This document shows positions 56,965 to 64,000 of a stretch of DNA of 64,000 bases, piece after piece. The notes beneath the pieces were generated by a model. That model searched no databases. It was not told the DNA's origin and saw nothing but the letters and a program-made list of their open reading frames with translations. The translations under genes and the position numbers were made by a program. This stretch comes from Planctomycetota bacterium (lineage in GTDB: Bacteria; Planctomycetota; J058). The number at the start of each line of letters is the position of its first letter. Positions within the stretch are counted from its first letter, which is position 1. The stretch is taken from NCBI GenBank assembly GCA_050186825.1, contig JBFWYD010000031.1, forward strand, positions 43,999-107,998, given 5' to 3'.

Positions 56965-58884
56965 GTGGCGCCTCGACCTACGTCGCAGGCACGGGCGGTG
57001 CCCAGGAGCGAGCCGGAAGGAAGAGAGGGAGCCTTGACCCGCAAGACCAAGACCTCGATCGCCCTGGGCGCCGCCCTGGTGGCCCTGCTCGTGCCTGCGC
57101 TCGTGAGCGTGCTGGGGGAGGCCCCCGCGCCGACGACCGCGATTCCCCTCGCGCAGGCGACCTCCGCGCCCGCCCGGCGCGCCCGCGCGGCCCGGCCCCT
57201 CGCCACCCGCGCGGGCCAGCGCGCCGCCGCCCTGCCCACGACGCTCCGGCGCGCCCCCGGCCACGAGCTCAGCTACCGGGTCCGGCTCGCCGCGACCCTG
57301 GTCGAGGAGCGCGAGGGCGCGCTCAGCCCGCTGGTGGCGCTCCGCGGCGAGGGCCAGGTCGTCTCCCTCTGCTGCCGCGCCGACGCGCGCGGCCTGCGCG
57401 TGGTCGAGCGGCTGACCCTGCCCGGCTTCCGCTGCGAGGGCCTGGAGCCCGCCGAGGCGGCGGCGCTCAGCGCCGACCTCGAGCGCGGCGTGGACCTGGT
57501 GCTCGACCTCGGCCCGCGCGGCGAGCTGCGCCGGCTCGCCATCGAGGGCGCGCGCGGCGCCGCCACGGCCAACCTGCTCCGCAGCTGGGCCGGCGCGAGC
57601 CGCTTCGTGCTCCCCGCCGCCCAGACCGACGAGTGGGAGGCCGCGGGCTACGACGCCGCGGGGGCCTGCCGCGACGCCTACCGCGTCACGGGCGTCGCGA
57701 TCGACGGCGTCTCGGTCCAGCGCCGGCGCAGCTTCCTCGCCAGCGAGGCGGCCCGGGGCGAGGGCGGCCTCGAGGGCGTCCTGCGCCCCTCGGGCGCGCT
57801 CGGCCACCTGGGCGGCCGCGAGCAGGTGCGCGTGCAAGGGCTCGGGCCGGCGCTGGTCTACACGGCGGAGCACGAGCTCGCCTACCTGAGCGAGCGCCAG
57901 CTCGACGCGGCGACCCTCGCGGTGCGGACCCCGCGCGGCGAGCCCGCCTGGGACGAGGCGCAGTCGCTCACGGCCCGCGGCGCGGAGGCCGCGCTCGGCC
58001 TGGACGAGGCGCTGGCGCTCGCAGCCCGCGGCGCGGGCGAGGGCCTCCTGCCCCTGCGCGGCGTGCTCCGCCGCGACGCCGCCGCGGCGGCGCGCGTGGG
58101 CGCGCTCGCGGCAGACGCGGCCCAGCCCGAGGACCTGCGCCGCACCCTGATCGACGCCCTGGCCGCGGCCGAGACCCCGTCCGCCCAGCGCGCCCTGCTG
58201 GAGCTCGCCCGCACGGCGCCCCTCTCCGCGCGGCTCCTGCCCAACGTCTACCTCGGGCTCGGTCAGGCGCCCGAGCCCCTGCCCGAGGTCGTGGCGCACC
58301 TGACGGCCGCCCTCGACGCGCAGGAGGCCCCGCGCGCCGAGTGGGCCACCCAGGCCGTGGGCTTCCTGGCGAGCAACGCGCGCAGCGCCGAGCTGCAGGA
58401 GGCGCTGGCCGCGACCCTCGAAGGCCGCCTGGGCGGCGCGCGCGACGAGCTCGTGCTCTCGGCCCTGGGCAACGCCGGCCTCGAGCGCAGCCTGAGCCCG
58501 GTCGGCGCCTACCTCGAGCGCGCCGACGCGGCCCAGCGGCGCGAGGCCGTGTTCGCGCTGCGCAAGCTCCCGAGCGACGAGGCCGGCGCCCTGATCGCCC
58601 GCGCGCTCGCGGCCGACCCCAGCGTGGACGTGCGCCGCGAGGCGGCCCGCGCCCTGGCCTCGCGCTCGCCGGAGGAGAGCCTGGGCGGGCTCGAGCGCGC
58701 GCTGCGCGCCGACGAAGACGAGGGCGTGCGCCTCGAGGCCGTGCGCACCCTCAAGGCCTGGCTGGCCGAGACCGAGGCCGAGCTCGACCCCGCCGTGCGC
58801 GGTGACCTCGAGCAGACCCTGGCCTCGGCCGCCGGCGACGCCAGCCCCGCCGTGCGTGAGGCCGCCCTCGAGCCCCGCTCGTAA
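56965..58884 (+). CDS. Membrane-anchored HEAT/PBS-lyase-repeat protein
   Basis: N-terminal TM IALGAALVALLVPALVSVLG. C-terminal HEAT repeats (VDVRREAARALAS, DEGVRLEAVRTLK, SPAVREAALE). An alternative TTG start at 57034 has GGGAG upstream. Antisense ORF 56788-58947 is rejected. Confidence 0.7.
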   Translation: MAPRPTSQARAVPRSEPEGREGALTRKTKTSIALGAALVALLVPALVSVLGEAPAPTTAIPLAQATSAPARRARAARPLATRAGQRAAALPTTLRRAPGHELSYRVRLAATLVEEREGALSPLVALRGEGQVVSLCCRADARGLRVVERLTLPGFRCEGLEPAEAAALSADLERGVDLVLDLGPRGELRRLAIEGARGAATANLLRSWAGASRFVLPAAQTDEWEAAGYDAAGACRDAYRVTGVAIDGVSVQRRRSFLASEAARGEGGLEGVLRPSGALGHLGGREQVRVQGLGPALVYTAEHELAYLSERQLDAATLAVRTPRGEPAWDEAQSLTARGAEAALGLDEALALAARGAGEGLLPLRGVLRRDAAAAARVGALAADAAQPEDLRRTLIDALAAAETPSAQRALLELARTAPLSARLLPNVYLGLGQAPEPLPEVVAHLTAALDAQEAPRAEWATQAVGFLASNARSAELQEALAATLEGRLGGARDELVLSALGNAGLERSLSPVGAYLERADAAQRREAVFALRKLPSDEAGALIARALAADPSVDVRREAARALASRSPEESLGGLERALRADEDEGVRLEAVRTLKAWLAETEAELDPAVRGDLEQTLASAAGDASPAVREAALEPRS

Positions 58885-58924
58885 CGAAGCAAGCGTGAGG
58901 CACAGACGAGAGCAGGAGAGCACT

Positions 58925-59317
58925 TCTCCTCGCCACAAGTGGTTCAACTCCGCTCAGGAGTCGGATGGGACCCTGCGTGTAGCGGGAATCGTCTCGGCCC
59001 TGCTCCAGGACCCTCCGCTGCCGGTGATCGGGATCGAGGAGCCCGAGTTGACCGTCCACGCCGGCGCCATTCCCCTCCTCTACGACTTCATCAAGCAGAC
59101 CTGCGGCAGAAGCCAGGTCCTGCTCACGACCCACAGCCCCGAGCTCCTGGACCTGCTCGATGCCGACGAGGTCAGGGTCGTCGACCGGCGTGATGGAGAG
59201 ACGAGCGTCGCGCCAATGGAGGAGCAGCAGCGCGGCGCGGTCAAGAACGGCCTGCTCACCCTCGGAGACATCTTGCGCACCGAAGGAGTGCGTCAGCAGG
59301 TCCTGTTCCAGGATTGA
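58925..59317 (+). pseudogene. C-terminal fragment of an AAA_21/ABC-type ATPase (Walker B, D-loop and H-loop only); gene relic
   Basis: VIGIEEPELTVHAGAIPLLYDFIKQTCGRSQVLLTTHSPELLDLL is the C-terminal signature of AAA_21/OLD-type ATPases. No Walker A-bearing N-terminus exists, because the upstream sequence belongs to the HEAT gene. Local GC is ~58%, against ~71% nearby. Confidence 0.55.
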
Positions 59318-59319
59318 CG

Positions 59320-59448
59320 ATGGGGCGCGGATACCTGTTGGTCGAGGGCCATGGCGAAGTCAAGGCGATGGGGAACCTGGTCAACCGGCTCTGGCTGGAT
59401 CTTGGCCTCCTATTCGTACCCCGGGCACAGCCCACCCTCGGCGAGTGA
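59320..59448 (+). pseudogene. Truncated DUF4276 N-terminal fragment (43 codons)
   Basis: MGRGYLLVEGHGEVKAMGNLVNRLWLDLG matches the DUF4276 start (M..L.vLVEGqTE..fv..L) and then stops prematurely. It sits directly after the ATPase fragment. Confidence 0.5.
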
Positions 59449-59475
59449 ACGCCCGCGCCGCGGTAGATTACGGGT

Positions 59476-63039
<3,564 letters not shown>

Positions 63040-63161
63040 TCACGCGACGAATCGCGAGTGGTCGCGCGACGACCCGACCGCCCTGCGCGATCACCCCCGA
63101 CGAGAAAGGTCCCAACAGCCCGGTGATGTGACAGTGGAAAACCCACCCGCGAGGTGGCCTT

Positions 63162-64000
63162 ATGTCCCCCGCCGTGCTGGACCCCGCCGAGCCCTCCCTG
63201 CCCCCCTTGCCGATGGGTGACCGCAACCGCCTCCTGGCGGTCGAGCACCCCGACCCGCACTCCGTGCTCGGGCCGCACGCCCTGAAGGGCAAGGGGGTGG
63301 TGCTGCGCGCCTACCACCCGGACGCGATCGCCATCGACTGCCTGCGCGGCGACCACGAGCTCGCGCTCGACCCGGTCGACGATGGGCTGTTCGCGGCGCT
63401 GCTCCCCGAGGGCGCCAAGACGCATCCCTACCGGCTGCGCTACACCTTCCCCGACGGCTCGAACCACGAGGTGTGGGACCCCTACGGCTTCAGCCCCAGC
63501 CTGGGCGAGCTCGACCTGCACCTGATCGGGGAGGGGCGGCACCTGCGCCTGTGGGAGGCCCTGGGCGCGCACGCGGTGGAGCACGAGGGCGTGGACGGGG
63601 TGCGCTTCACGGTGTGGGCGCCCGCGGCGCGCCGCGTGAGCGTGGTCGGCGACTGGAACCGCTGGGACGGGCGCCGCCACCCGATGCGCTCGCTGGGGCG
63701 CTCGGGGGTGTGGGAGCTCTTCGTGCCCGAGGCCCGCGTGGGCCAGCTCTACAAGCTCGAGGTCAAGACGGCGACCGGGGCGATCCAGCTCAAGGCCGAC
63801 CCGCTGGCGCGCAGCGCCGAGCCGCCGCCCGGGACCGCCTCTCGCATCGCGGGGCCGGCGCACCACCAGTTCCAGGACGCCGCCTGGATGAGCGCGCGCC
63901 GGACGCGGGACCTGCGCCGCGCGCCGCTCTCGATCTACGAGGTGCACCTCGGCTCCTGGCGCCGCGACGAGCAGGGGCGCCAGCTCAACTGGCGCGCCCT
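63162..64000 (+). CDS. glgB: 1,4-alpha-glucan branching enzyme, N-terminal part (continues beyond the window)
   Basis: N-terminal MSPAVLDPAEPSLPPLPMGDRNRLLAVEHPDPHSVLGPH... Then FTVWAPAARRVSVVGDWNRWDGRRHPMRSLGRSGVWELFVPEARVGQLYK is the classic GlgB N-terminal/CBM48 region. Confidence 0.9.
   Translation, partial: MSPAVLDPAEPSLPPLPMGDRNRLLAVEHPDPHSVLGPHALKGKGVVLRAYHPDAIAIDCLRGDHELALDPVDDGLFAALLPEGAKTHPYRLRYTFPDGSNHEVWDPYGFSPSLGELDLHLIGEGRHLRLWEALGAHAVEHEGVDGVRFTVWAPAARRVSVVGDWNRWDGRRHPMRSLGRSGVWELFVPEARVGQLYKLEVKTATGAIQLKADPLARSAEPPPGTASRIAGPAHHQFQDAAWMSARRTRDLRRAPLSIYEVHLGSWRRDEQGRQLNWRA

Noticed and set aside
56788-58947. 719-aa minus ORF opposite the HEAT-repeat gene
   Set aside because: Ala/Gly/Arg low-complexity. 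The + strand frame has a TM anchor and recognisable HEAT repeats.

Overview
This 64-kb window is very GC-rich (about 70%) and gene-dense, and its gene content points to a myxobacterium (Myxococcota). It carries many eukaryotic-like Ser/Thr kinases, FHA, HEAT and LysM proteins, and several genes use GTG starts with GTGA stop/start overlaps. I call about 45 CDSs plus one tRNA-Val, annotating only strongly GC3-biased frames and treating antisense Arg/Ala/Gly-rich ORFs as GC artefacts. Recognisable genes include two histidine kinases (one a hybrid PAS/HK/REC/Hpt), an acyl-CoA carboxylase cluster (carboxyltransferase, biotin carboxylase, BCCP), and the start of glgB. Others are a crotonase, a SAM methyltransferase, a CPBP protease, an SleB-type LysM cell-wall hydrolase and a CRTAC1/FG-GAP protein. 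There is also a kinase–FGE-sulfatase fusion and a 4-gene signalling operon (DUF4388-TPR-PEGA, atypical kinase, degenerate GGDEF, cNMP-binding protein). The standout is a full-length bacterial homologue of the eukaryotic major vault protein (30779-33223), which may be part of a previously undescribed system. It has two tandem paralogous 2-TM membrane proteins diverging upstream and an ORF-poor, lower-GC, structured 1.2-kb segment downstream that could encode an RNA. Other points of note are a large signal-peptide protein with a SelO/YdiU-like motif, a 1.2-kb non-coding palindromic repeat region with a (GACTCG)~55 microsatellite, and three 75-bp tandem repeats plus a perfect 23-bp hairpin between signalling genes. 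I also flag a decayed low-GC relic of an AAA-ATPase/DUF4276 (AbiL-like) defence pair, and MshEN-like N-terminal segments on two Ser/Thr kinases.
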